A stretch of 64,000 nucleotides of DNA from Bacillota bacterium (lineage in GTDB: Bacteria; Bacillota; Clostridia; Peptostreptococcales; Anaerovoracaceae): NCBI GenBank assembly GCA_017557505.1, contig JAFYYP010000010.1, positions 2,148-66,147 on the forward strand, in the 5' to 3' direction. Below the pieces are notes generated by a model. That model had not been told where the DNA came from, made no database searches, and was given only the letters and a program-made list of their open reading frames with translations. Shown in pieces: positions 54,868 through 61,946 of the stretch. Every line of letters begins with the position of its first letter. Within the stretch, counting starts at the first letter, position 1. Made by a program: the position numbers and the translations under genes.

Positions 54868-55605
54868 ATGCAGCTATACGATACCATCATCCGGGATACG
54901 CTGGCCGCGTTATTTTCCCGGCCTTCCAGAAGCTATGCGTACGCGCAGGGCAGGGCCTGGAAAGATACCGGTGCCAGCGAACTCGTGATGCAGCGCGACG
55001 CGGCGTACGAGCTGGGCGGAGACGACAAGCCCGCCGTCAATTTCTCGTGCGTCACGACGGACGCGTCCTTTGTGGACAAAGACGAGATCGTGGTCATCGG
55101 AAAAGACCTGGGCGAGATCGGCTCGTCCGTTCCGTTCGCCCGCCTGGCGTTCGTCCTCATCGACGACATCAAGGTGGAAGAAGGGGATACGGAGCCGCTG
55201 TTCCGGGCCATCCAGGACATCGATTTCGTGAAGTACCACGTCTTTCCGGAAGGCTATATGGTGCGCACGTCCTCGGAAAACAACCGCGAGCAGGTGCGCA
55301 TCAGCAAGAAGGCAAAGCAGGCCGGCATCAGCTTCGAACGCGTCGGCTGCGACTACATCGCGCAGTACAAGCGTGACCCGAACATCCGCGCGGTCAAACT
55401 GGTGTTCGTCACCGACCCGTCTGTGGATTACAAGAAGTTGGCGGCGGACGCAAAGACCGTACACGACATTACGCTCACGCTCTCGAAGATCCTCGAGGGC
55501 ATGCCCACAGACTGCAATTCCTGCAACCTCAAGCCGATCTGCGACGAGGTGGAGGGCATGAAAGAACTGCACTTCGGACAGAACAAAGCTGAATTCAGAA
55601 GTTAA
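54868..55605 (+). CDS. Hypothetical protein resembling the central domain of acetyl-CoA synthase (AcsB/CdhC), with a C-terminal CxxCx5C motif
   Basis: 245 aa. The stretch ..DEIVVIGKDLGEIGSSVPFARLAFVLID...FVKYHVFPEGYMVRT...QVRISKKAKQAGISFERVG..IRAVKLVFVTDP.. parallels, from memory, the AcsB middle domain. The protein ends DCNSCNLKPICDEVEG. Confidence 0.5.
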   Translation: MQLYDTIIRDTLAALFSRPSRSYAYAQGRAWKDTGASELVMQRDAAYELGGDDKPAVNFSCVTTDASFVDKDEIVVIGKDLGEIGSSVPFARLAFVLIDDIKVEEGDTEPLFRAIQDIDFVKYHVFPEGYMVRTSSENNREQVRISKKAKQAGISFERVGCDYIAQYKRDPNIRAVKLVFVTDPSVDYKKLAADAKTVHDITLTLSKILEGMPTDCNSCNLKPICDEVEGMKELHFGQNKAEFRS

Positions 55606-55614
55606 GGAGAAACT

Positions 55615-57675
55615 ATGGATAAGAAATTCGAACCCCTATTTACCCCGTGGAAGATCCGCAACGTCGAGATCCCGAACCGCATCGTCCAGCCTTCCATGGG
55701 CGGCACGTCGCTGTTCGGCTGGCTCGAACCCTGCCACTTCGACAAGGAGGCTGCTTACCACATCCTGAACCGCGCGCAGAACAACGTCGGCCTGGTGCTG
55801 CCGGGCATGCAGTGCGTGCGCGATACCATGGGCAAGCGCTGGCTGTATACGAACAAGCAGATGTTCAAGGATCTGTCCAAGTGGATGCCCGAATTCGACG
55901 CGACCGGCTCCAAGCTGTTCGTCCAGCTGGCCGGCGGTTTCGGCCGCTCCATGGCCATCAACCAAATGATGGTCGACATGCTGGAAAAGCCGGCGTTCGG
56001 CAAGGTCGCCAAACCCTTCCTGGACGTCGAATACTGCTGCGCTTCCGCTTCGGAGACGCCCAACCGCTGGTATCCGTCCCTGAAGTCCCGTCCGATGACC
56101 GTCGAAGAGATCCATGAGATGGTCGACGCGTTCGGCAAGACCGCGTATCTGCTGCAGCAGGCAGGCGTGCACGGCGTCGAGATCCACGCCGTACACGAAG
56201 GCTACCTGCTCGACCAGTTCACGATCGCGAACTGGAACTACCGTACCGACGAATACGGCGGATCCTTCGAGAACCGCTATCGCTTCCCGGTGGAGATCGT
56301 CCAGGCGATCAAGAAGCAGTGCGGAGACGACTTCCCCGTATCGCTGCGCTACTCCGTCGTTTCCAAGACGAAGGGCTTCGGCGAAGGTGCCGTTCCCGGC
56401 GAGGAATTCGAGGAATTCGGCCGCGACATGGAAGAATCCGAAAAAGCCATCAAGTACCTCGGCGACGCGGGCTACGACATGTTCAACTGCGACAACGGCA
56501 CGTACGACGCCTGGTACTGGGCACATCCGCCCGTATACATGCCGCATAACTGCAACCTGCCCGAAGTCGAGCACATCAAGAACTTCACGGACAAACCCGT
56601 CGTGTGCGCGGGTAAGATGACCATGGACGTCGCGGCGGAAGAGATCGCTGCTGGCAGACTGGATGCTGTCGGCGTTGCCCGTCAGAACCTCGTAGACCCC
56701 GAATGGGTCAACAAGATCCTCGAGGGCAGAGAAGACGAGATCAAGCCGTGCATCAACTGCCACAACGCCTGCTTCTCGTTCAGCAAGTCTAAGAGCACGC
56801 CGAACATGCAGAGCCTCGACGACTCGCTGCACCTCGCGCGCTGCGCGCTCACCCCGTCCACGATGCAGCACAACAAGTACAAGATCGTCCCGACGAAGCA
56901 CCCGAAGAAGGTCGCGATCATCGGCGGCGGCATCGGCGGCATGGAAGCTGCGCTCGTGCTGAAGAAGCGCGGCCACGAGCCCGTCATCTTCGAGAAGAGC
57001 GACAAGCTCGGCGGCATGTACATCTATGCGTCCGAGATGTCCTTCAAGGAAGCGGACAAGGCGTTGCTGAGATGGTACGACAGAGAGCTGAAGAAGTACG
57101 ATATCGAAGTGCGCTACAATATGGAGATCAACGCGCCGCAGACGCTGAGAAGAGAGTTCGACGAAGTGCTCGTCGCGACCGGCGCTGCACCCAAGACGCT
57201 TCCCGTCAAGGGCTTCCACAAGTGCCTCACCTTCAAGGAACTGCTCCTCAAGGAGAAGGATGCCGGCGACAAGATCGTGTTCTTCGGCGGCGGTCAGTCC
57301 TCATGCGAAGCGGCTTACGAGATGGTGCTGCAGGGCAAGCATCCGATGATCGTTGAATTCGCGGACGACCTGATCGTCACGCCGGGCACCTGCCTCGCGA
57401 ACTCCTCGTTCCTCAGAGACATGCTGAAGTTCAAGAACGTACCCGTTTATCTGGAGCACACCATCACCGAGATCGGCGACGGCTACGTCATGGTCAAGCC
57501 CAATAACGGCGAACCGTTCAAACTGGAGTGCGACAGCGTCGTATCCGGTATCGGCTTCGTTCCCGCTCCCGTTGCGGCGGACGACAGGAAGGTAAAGCGC
57601 ATCGGCACCTGCGAGAAGTGGGGCAACCTGCGCGACGTCATCTGGTCCGCCTGGGACGTGTGCATGAAGATCTGA
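55615..57675 (+). CDS. Old-yellow-enzyme-type FMN / 4Fe-4S / FAD-NAD(P) oxidoreductase (2-enoate reductase / 2,4-dienoyl-CoA reductase family)
   Basis: OYE core (VEIHAVHEGYLLDQF, RTDEYGGSFENRYRF), Cys motif CINCHNAC, and a second dinucleotide fold VAIIGGGIGGMEAA. 686 aa. Confidence 0.9.
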   Translation: MDKKFEPLFTPWKIRNVEIPNRIVQPSMGGTSLFGWLEPCHFDKEAAYHILNRAQNNVGLVLPGMQCVRDTMGKRWLYTNKQMFKDLSKWMPEFDATGSKLFVQLAGGFGRSMAINQMMVDMLEKPAFGKVAKPFLDVEYCCASASETPNRWYPSLKSRPMTVEEIHEMVDAFGKTAYLLQQAGVHGVEIHAVHEGYLLDQFTIANWNYRTDEYGGSFENRYRFPVEIVQAIKKQCGDDFPVSLRYSVVSKTKGFGEGAVPGEEFEEFGRDMEESEKAIKYLGDAGYDMFNCDNGTYDAWYWAHPPVYMPHNCNLPEVEHIKNFTDKPVVCAGKMTMDVAAEEIAAGRLDAVGVARQNLVDPEWVNKILEGREDEIKPCINCHNACFSFSKSKSTPNMQSLDDSLHLARCALTPSTMQHNKYKIVPTKHPKKVAIIGGGIGGMEAALVLKKRGHEPVIFEKSDKLGGMYIYASEMSFKEADKALLRWYDRELKKYDIEVRYNMEINAPQTLRREFDEVLVATGAAPKTLPVKGFHKCLTFKELLLKEKDAGDKIVFFGGGQSSCEAAYEMVLQGKHPMIVEFADDLIVTPGTCLANSSFLRDMLKFKNVPVYLEHTITEIGDGYVMVKPNNGEPFKLECDSVVSGIGFVPAPVAADDRKVKRIGTCEKWGNLRDVIWSAWDVCMKI

Positions 57676-57704
57676 TCTTCGAACATATTACGGAAATAAA
57701 AAAG

Positions 57705-57735
57705 GGCCTCTGCAGTTCTGCAGAGGCCTTTTCAT
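57705..57735. terminator. Bidirectional Rho-independent terminator
   Basis: An 11-bp perfect stem ggcctctgcag/ctgcagaggcc with a tt loop, an A-tract upstream and a T-tract downstream. It sits between convergent genes. Confidence 0.8.
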
Positions 57736-57740
57736 ATGTT

Positions 57741-58742
57741 CTATTCTTCTAACCCGTCCCATTCCACGATCTTGACGATATGGACGGCCAGGGCGTCGCC
57801 CCGGAGAACACGGAAGTCTTCGGGAGGAAGGATCTTTGCCATGCCCCTCCGCACGACGAGGATCGAAACGCCGAATTCTTCTTCGATCTCCTTGACGGTC
57901 ATGCCGATCCATTTGCTGTCGAAATCGACGTAGACGGTCTGGATGTTCAGGTCTCTGGGATCGGAACTGGCCTGCATCTCCGTATAGCGCTCCACGAAAC
58001 CGGCGGAGATGATGCCGGTGGGGATCGCCACGACGCCGACGCCCAGGAACGCGATGATGATGCCCATGAACTGCCCGACCGGCGTGATGGGGCTGATGTC
58101 ACCGTAGCCGACCGTGAGGATCGTCGACATGCTCCACCAGATGCCGGAGAAGGCATTTTTGAACGCTTCGGGCTGCGCTTCGTGCTCGGCGCTGTACATG
58201 CAAAGCGAAGATGCCAGCATCAGGACAAAGATGATGAAGCAGGACGAAAAGATCTGGTTCCTCTTATCGTACAGGACGGACGTGATGACGTTGAATGAGT
58301 CGGACGTCTGGTTGACCTTGAACAGGCGCAGGATGCGCACGACCCGCAGCATACGGAACACCACGAAGCCGGACAGCGGCAGGAAGGGCAGAATCGTCAG
58401 CAGCAGGATGATGCCGTCGAACGACTTGACAAAACGCCAGGCTGCCTTTGCATGGCTCTGTTCTTCCGGGTACAGCTGATCTGCGGTCCAAAGGCGCAGG
58501 ATGTATTCCACGACGAAGAACAGGCCCGTGATGCCTTCCAGAACGCGGATAACGCCCATATATGGTTCAAAGCGCTCGAACGTCTGCACGAACATCAGGA
58601 CGATGTTCAGCAGCACCATGACGATCAGGATATCGTCGAACAGGCGGCTTGGTGTATCGGACGTATTGCCGATCTGGATGACCTCGAACACACGCTTTTT
58701 CCGGGCGCCTTTTTCTTTTTTTGCTGTGTTTTTCTCTGTCAT
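57741..58742 (-). CDS. Voltage-gated-type K+ channel with a C-terminal RCK/TrkA-C-like domain
   Basis: Selectivity filter TVGYGD, an S4-like segment RMLRVVRILRLFK, and a six-TM layout. Confidence 0.85.
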   Translation of the reverse strand: MTEKNTAKKEKGARKKRVFEVIQIGNTSDTPSRLFDDILIVMVLLNIVLMFVQTFERFEPYMGVIRVLEGITGLFFVVEYILRLWTADQLYPEEQSHAKAAWRFVKSFDGIILLLTILPFLPLSGFVVFRMLRVVRILRLFKVNQTSDSFNVITSVLYDKRNQIFSSCFIIFVLMLASSLCMYSAEHEAQPEAFKNAFSGIWWSMSTILTVGYGDISPITPVGQFMGIIIAFLGVGVVAIPTGIISAGFVERYTEMQASSDPRDLNIQTVYVDFDSKWIGMTVKEIEEEFGVSILVVRRGMAKILPPEDFRVLRGDALAVHIVKIVEWDGLEE

Positions 58743-58773
58743 TGCACTTTAAGAATACTACTGCGGGCAGGGG

Positions 58774-58803
58774 TTGGCAACCGTTATCGCGCAGGGGTAT
58801 AAT
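58774..58803 (+). promoter_or_regulatory. Candidate sigma-A promoter
   Basis: ttggca (58774-58779), 18-nt spacer, tataat (58798-58803), 27 nt upstream of the ATG at 58831. Confidence 0.5.
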
Positions 58804-58830
58804 AAGAGGAGTTTAAGGGGGAAAGAGATT

Positions 58831-59487
58831 ATGAGAAAACTGAACCGCAAATACGGAAAGGCCGCCATCAGCTTCGCGCTGTTCATCCTGACGATCGCGC
58901 TCGTGACGTGCGTCGACATCGGCTCTGTCGGTCCGGCCGGCACGACCGTCGGTCTGTCACACCTGAACAAGGGCGTGCACGATCTGGTCGGCGTGCACAT
59001 GATCTGGTATAAACTGACGAACTATCTTGGCTATCTGGCGCTCGCGGCGGGGGGCGTGTTCGCCGTAATCGGATTAAAACAGCTGATCGAGCGCAGGAGC
59101 CTGAAAGACGTGGATCATGAGATCCTGGCGCTCGGCGGTCTGTTCGTGCTGCTCGGGGTCATCTACGTGCTGTTCGAAAAAGTGGTCGTGAATTATCGGC
59201 CCGTGCTGATGGAAGGGGAGACTGTGCCGGAAGCGTCGTTCCCGTCGTCGCATACGGTGCTGGCCTTTGTGATTTTCGGCGCTGTGGCCATGATGCTGAA
59301 AGATTACGTGAAGGACAAGAAAACAGCAGCCCTGCTGCAGAACGTCTGCATGGTGCTGCTGATCGTTGCGGTCATCGGCCGCCTGATCTCCGGCGTGCAC
59401 TGGCTGACGGATATCATCGGCGGTATCTTCCTGAGCGCCGCGCTGCTGCAGGCGTTCTCAGGGATACTGGAAAAACTGAAAGAATAG
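58831..59487 (+). CDS. PAP2-family membrane phosphatase
   Basis: The start was reassigned to the ATG at 58831. PAP2 motifs NYRP, SFPSSHT and SGVHWLTDIIGG. Confidence 0.8.
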   Translation: MRKLNRKYGKAAISFALFILTIALVTCVDIGSVGPAGTTVGLSHLNKGVHDLVGVHMIWYKLTNYLGYLALAAGGVFAVIGLKQLIERRSLKDVDHEILALGGLFVLLGVIYVLFEKVVVNYRPVLMEGETVPEASFPSSHTVLAFVIFGAVAMMLKDYVKDKKTAALLQNVCMVLLIVAVIGRLISGVHWLTDIIGGIFLSAALLQAFSGILEKLKE

Positions 59488-59495
59488 GGCAGCCG

Positions 59496-60818
59496 CTACA
59501 GGTCGAACCAGCCGCTGAAACGATCCAGCGGCTTTTTTAATTGTTCGTTCATGCTCCGGCGCATTTCTTCGATCTGCGCGAAGACGTCCATCAGCGCGCC
59601 GTTGGCGGCCAGGATGCCATCCTGTATGCGCATATGTTTCGGGTATCGCCCGCTGCGGTAGTTGTCGATCACCGTTTCGTAGCGCTCGTAAGCGTTGCTC
59701 ACGGCGTCCGCCCAGGAAAGATACAGATCTTCTGCGGCCTGTTCGCCCGCACGGCGTATCGCGTCCCTGTCCTGCGACAGTTCCGTGAGTTTGGCAAATA
59801 ACGCGTCCGCGTTGTCTTCGATCAGCCAGCCGTCTTTTCCGTCTGTGACCCCTTCGGCAGCGCAGCTTCTGCGGATCAGCACGGAAGGCAGGCTGCAGGC
59901 AGCAGCTTCGCGGACGACGAGTCCGTTCGTATCGAAGGTGGATGGGAAGAGGAACAGATCCGCCCGGCAGTACCAGGCCCGGATCTCGCTGCGGTCATGG
60001 ATCGCGCCGGTAAAGAGTACTTTTCCGCTCAACCCGAGTTTTTCTGTCAGCGCTCGAATCTCCGTTTCATCCCCGCCGGAGCCGACGAAGACCATGCGGA
60101 AATCCGCTCCGGTCGCCTGCAGTTTCGCCAGCGCTTCCAGGATGATGCGGATGCCTTTATACCACATGAGTCTTCCGACGAAGAGATAGACGGGCAGATC
60201 TTCCGGCAGGTCATACTCGCCGGTGACCCGTTCGATCTCTTCCGCACCGACCCGTCCGCGCGGCACGTCCACGCCGTTGGGCATGAGGGTCAGCTCGCCT
60301 TCATAGCCGAGGCTGCGCAGGTTTTCGCCTGCGCCGCGGCTGACGATCCAGACTTCGTCGCAGGCGGAAATGTTGCGCACGAGGATGCGGACGGCTTCTT
60401 CCTGCAGCAGCCGTCCCCGTATCGCGTTTTCGATATCGATGTCGAATTTCGTGTGGTAGGTAAGGACGAGAGGGATATCCAAAGTTTCTCTCAGTTCGCG
60501 GGCCAGGATCGTAGAGGAGACGGGGCAGTGGCTGTGCAGCAGTGTTGCGTTCTCCTTATACAGGCGGGCGGAAAGCTCCGCGGAAAAGGGGATGCCGGCA
60601 ACGTAACCGACGAGTGGTCTCGTATCGATGCTGGGATAGCGGACGACGGGGAAATCATAGCCGCTGTCGTCCGCCCCGGGTACGTCCGGGGTCGCGACGA
60701 TCGCGTGTCCATGTTTTTCTTCGATCTCCCGGGCGTAATTCTCCACGGCGTTTGCCACGCCGTCGATGACGGGCGGGAAGGAATCATTTAAAAGACAGAT
60801 AGTGTTTTTGCGGTCCAT
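59496..60818 (-). CDS. Glycosyltransferase family 4
   Basis: The start was reassigned to MDRKNTICLLNDSFPPVIDGVANAV. C-terminal GT-B region with ..LFPSTFDTNGLVVREAAA.. (E-x7-E-like). Confidence 0.8.
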   Translation of the reverse strand: MDRKNTICLLNDSFPPVIDGVANAVENYAREIEEKHGHAIVATPDVPGADDSGYDFPVVRYPSIDTRPLVGYVAGIPFSAELSARLYKENATLLHSHCPVSSTILARELRETLDIPLVLTYHTKFDIDIENAIRGRLLQEEAVRILVRNISACDEVWIVSRGAGENLRSLGYEGELTLMPNGVDVPRGRVGAEEIERVTGEYDLPEDLPVYLFVGRLMWYKGIRIILEALAKLQATGADFRMVFVGSGGDETEIRALTEKLGLSGKVLFTGAIHDRSEIRAWYCRADLFLFPSTFDTNGLVVREAAACSLPSVLIRRSCAAEGVTDGKDGWLIEDNADALFAKLTELSQDRDAIRRAGEQAAEDLYLSWADAVSNAYERYETVIDNYRSGRYPKHMRIQDGILAANGALMDVFAQIEEMRRSMNEQLKKPLDRFSGWFDL

Positions 60819-60876
60819 GCATAGTATTGTATATGATATACTGACAAAAAGAAACGATAAGCTACAGGAAGCCTTT

Positions 60877-61389
60877 ATGAGACTGTTTATTGCCATACAA
60901 CTGAGTGAAAAGCTGAAAGGTTCCGCCCGGGATGTGCAGGAGACCTTCCGTTGGCAGCAGGTCAGGGGGAACTACACTCCTGCAGAGAATCTGCATCTGA
61001 CGCTTGCCTTTATCGGAGAATACGGAAACCCGGAAGAAGTCCTGGATGCGATGGAACGGATAAAATTCGCTCCGTTTACGATCCGGATGGATAAGATCGG
61101 TTGCTTCAATGATCTCTGGTGGACCGGATTTGCAGACAGCAGGGAATTGGCGGACCTAGTTCGGAACCTGCGTCATGCGTTGGCTGAGGCCGGGATCCTG
61201 TATGACAGAAAGAAATTCAAGGCGCATTGCACGGTATTGCGAAAGGCTCAATATGCAAAAGGGGGACAACCCGTCCACATGAGCATCGAGCCGGCAGATA
61301 TGCAGGTAGGCCGCATCTGTCTGATGCAGTCTACAAGAGGGAAGCACGGGATGATCTATACCGAGCTGGGATCGGTCGAAGCGCAGTAA
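60877..61389 (+). CDS. thpR: RNA 2',3'-cyclic phosphodiesterase (2H phosphoesterase, ThpR/LigT)
   Basis: The start was reassigned to MRLFIAIQL. There are two HxT motifs, HLTLAF and HCTVLR. 170 aa. Confidence 0.8.
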   Translation: MRLFIAIQLSEKLKGSARDVQETFRWQQVRGNYTPAENLHLTLAFIGEYGNPEEVLDAMERIKFAPFTIRMDKIGCFNDLWWTGFADSRELADLVRNLRHALAEAGILYDRKKFKAHCTVLRKAQYAKGGQPVHMSIEPADMQVGRICLMQSTRGKHGMIYTELGSVEAQ

Positions 61390-61399
61390 AAGCAGAAAA

Positions 61400-61434
61400 A
61401 AGGCGTTCCGCAGCATTGCGGAGCGCCTTTTCGC
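61400..61434 (+). terminator. Rho-independent terminator
   Basis: Stem aaggcgttccgca/tgcggagcgcctt (one G-U pair) with a gcat loop and a T-rich tail. Confidence 0.6.
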
Positions 61435-61454
61435 TTGGAGCGGATGAAGGGAAT
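61435..61454 (-). repeat. 20-nt exact direct copy of the 3' end of tRNA-Gly
   Basis: ttggagcggatgaagggaat is identical to 61610-61629 (discriminator/CCA, acceptor 3' strand and part of the T-arm). The two sequences diverge beyond that. Confidence 0.8.
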
Positions 61455-61580
61455 TACACAAATTTGCTGCGCAAATTTGCCGTCCTGCGCGCAGCACGGC
61501 TGTGCTCGGACCAGAACGGTCCACCGGACCGTTCTGCCCTTTCGGGTTCGATCCCCTCCATCCGCCGGTTTCCCAAAGCA

Positions 61581-61605
61581 AAAGACCCCCTGTTTGGGGG
61601 TCTTT
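61581..61605 (-). terminator. Hairpin immediately downstream of tRNA-Gly
   Basis: aaagaccccc-tgttt-gggggtcttt, a perfect 10-bp stem that starts 6 nt after the tRNA 3' end. Confidence 0.55.
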
Positions 61606-61610
61606 CACTT

Positions 61611-61684
61611 TGGAGCGGATGAAGGGAATCGAACCCTCGACTTAGCCTTGGGAAGGCCACGTTTTACCATTAAACTACATCCGC
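61611..61684 (-). tRNA. tRNA-Gly (anticodon CCC), CCA encoded
   Basis: The reverse complement is gcggatg ta gttt aatggta aaac g tggcc ttcccaa ggcta agtc gaggg ttcgatt ccctt catccgc t cca. It folds as a full cloverleaf with all four stems paired. Confidence 0.9.
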
Positions 61685-61693
61685 ACAAGAAGA

Positions 61694-61720
61694 AGTATAG
61701 TGTTACATAAAGTGTTACAA
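61694..61720 (-). promoter_or_regulatory. Candidate promoter of tRNA-Gly
   Basis: On the minus strand, ttgtaa (61720-61715) and tatact (61699-61694). The spacer is only 15 nt. The -10 ends 9 nt before the tRNA 5' end. Confidence 0.35.
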
Positions 61721-61793
61721 TTACGACTTATTCAAAATAGTGATGCCGAAACATGTTGAAAAATCAATATTTTTAAATTGCGATGTAATCGGT

Positions 61794-61830
61794 TTGGGAA
61801 GCTGCTGTTTTACCATTAAACTACATCCGC
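61794..61830 (-). pseudogene. Truncated tRNA-Gly 5' half (acceptor 5' strand through the anticodon loop)
   Basis: The reverse complement gcggatgtagtttaatggtaaaac agcag cttcccaa matches the intact tRNA except for 5 clustered changes in the anticodon stem. No 3' half follows. Confidence 0.7.
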
Positions 61831-61946
61831 ATATCCAGATTTCGGCCTCATCATTATAAGACGGAAAAGGGCCCTTGCGCAAGTGTTATTCGTCCTGCTT
61901 TTGTGATATACTATAATTACCTATGAGAAGGTAAAGGAGATCGAGC

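Noticed and set aside
49818-54890. A 1690-aa stop-free ORF on the minus strand spanning the CooC-like gene, the second dehydratase pair and the activase.
   Set aside because: It runs antisense to five plus-strand genes that have clear family motifs, RBSs and coupled junctions. Its translation is low-complexity (R/A/V/D/L/H/G rich) with no recognisable motif. This is the shadow-ORF effect expected in GC3-rich coding DNA.
7450-60896. N-terminal extensions given by the ORF track (for example 7450, 15077, 21664, 27669, 28082, 38612, 42204, 44812, 44758, 58774, 60896 and 60766 as starts).
   Set aside because: In each case an internal ATG/GTG lies 5-10 nt after a GGAGG-like RBS, matches the paralogue or family N-terminus, or removes an overlap with the neighbouring gene. 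The extended residues look like translated intergenic DNA.
61439-61566. A possible plus-strand tRNA-like gene. An acceptor-like gcggatg...catccgc pairing plus a gggttcgatcccc T-arm encloses about 120 nt.
   Set aside because: It is far too long for a tRNA. There is no D-arm or anticodon arm in register, and the T-stem pairs only 3 bp. The 5' element is simply the reverse complement of the duplicated tRNA-Gly 3' end. I kept it only as part of the repeat/scar observation.
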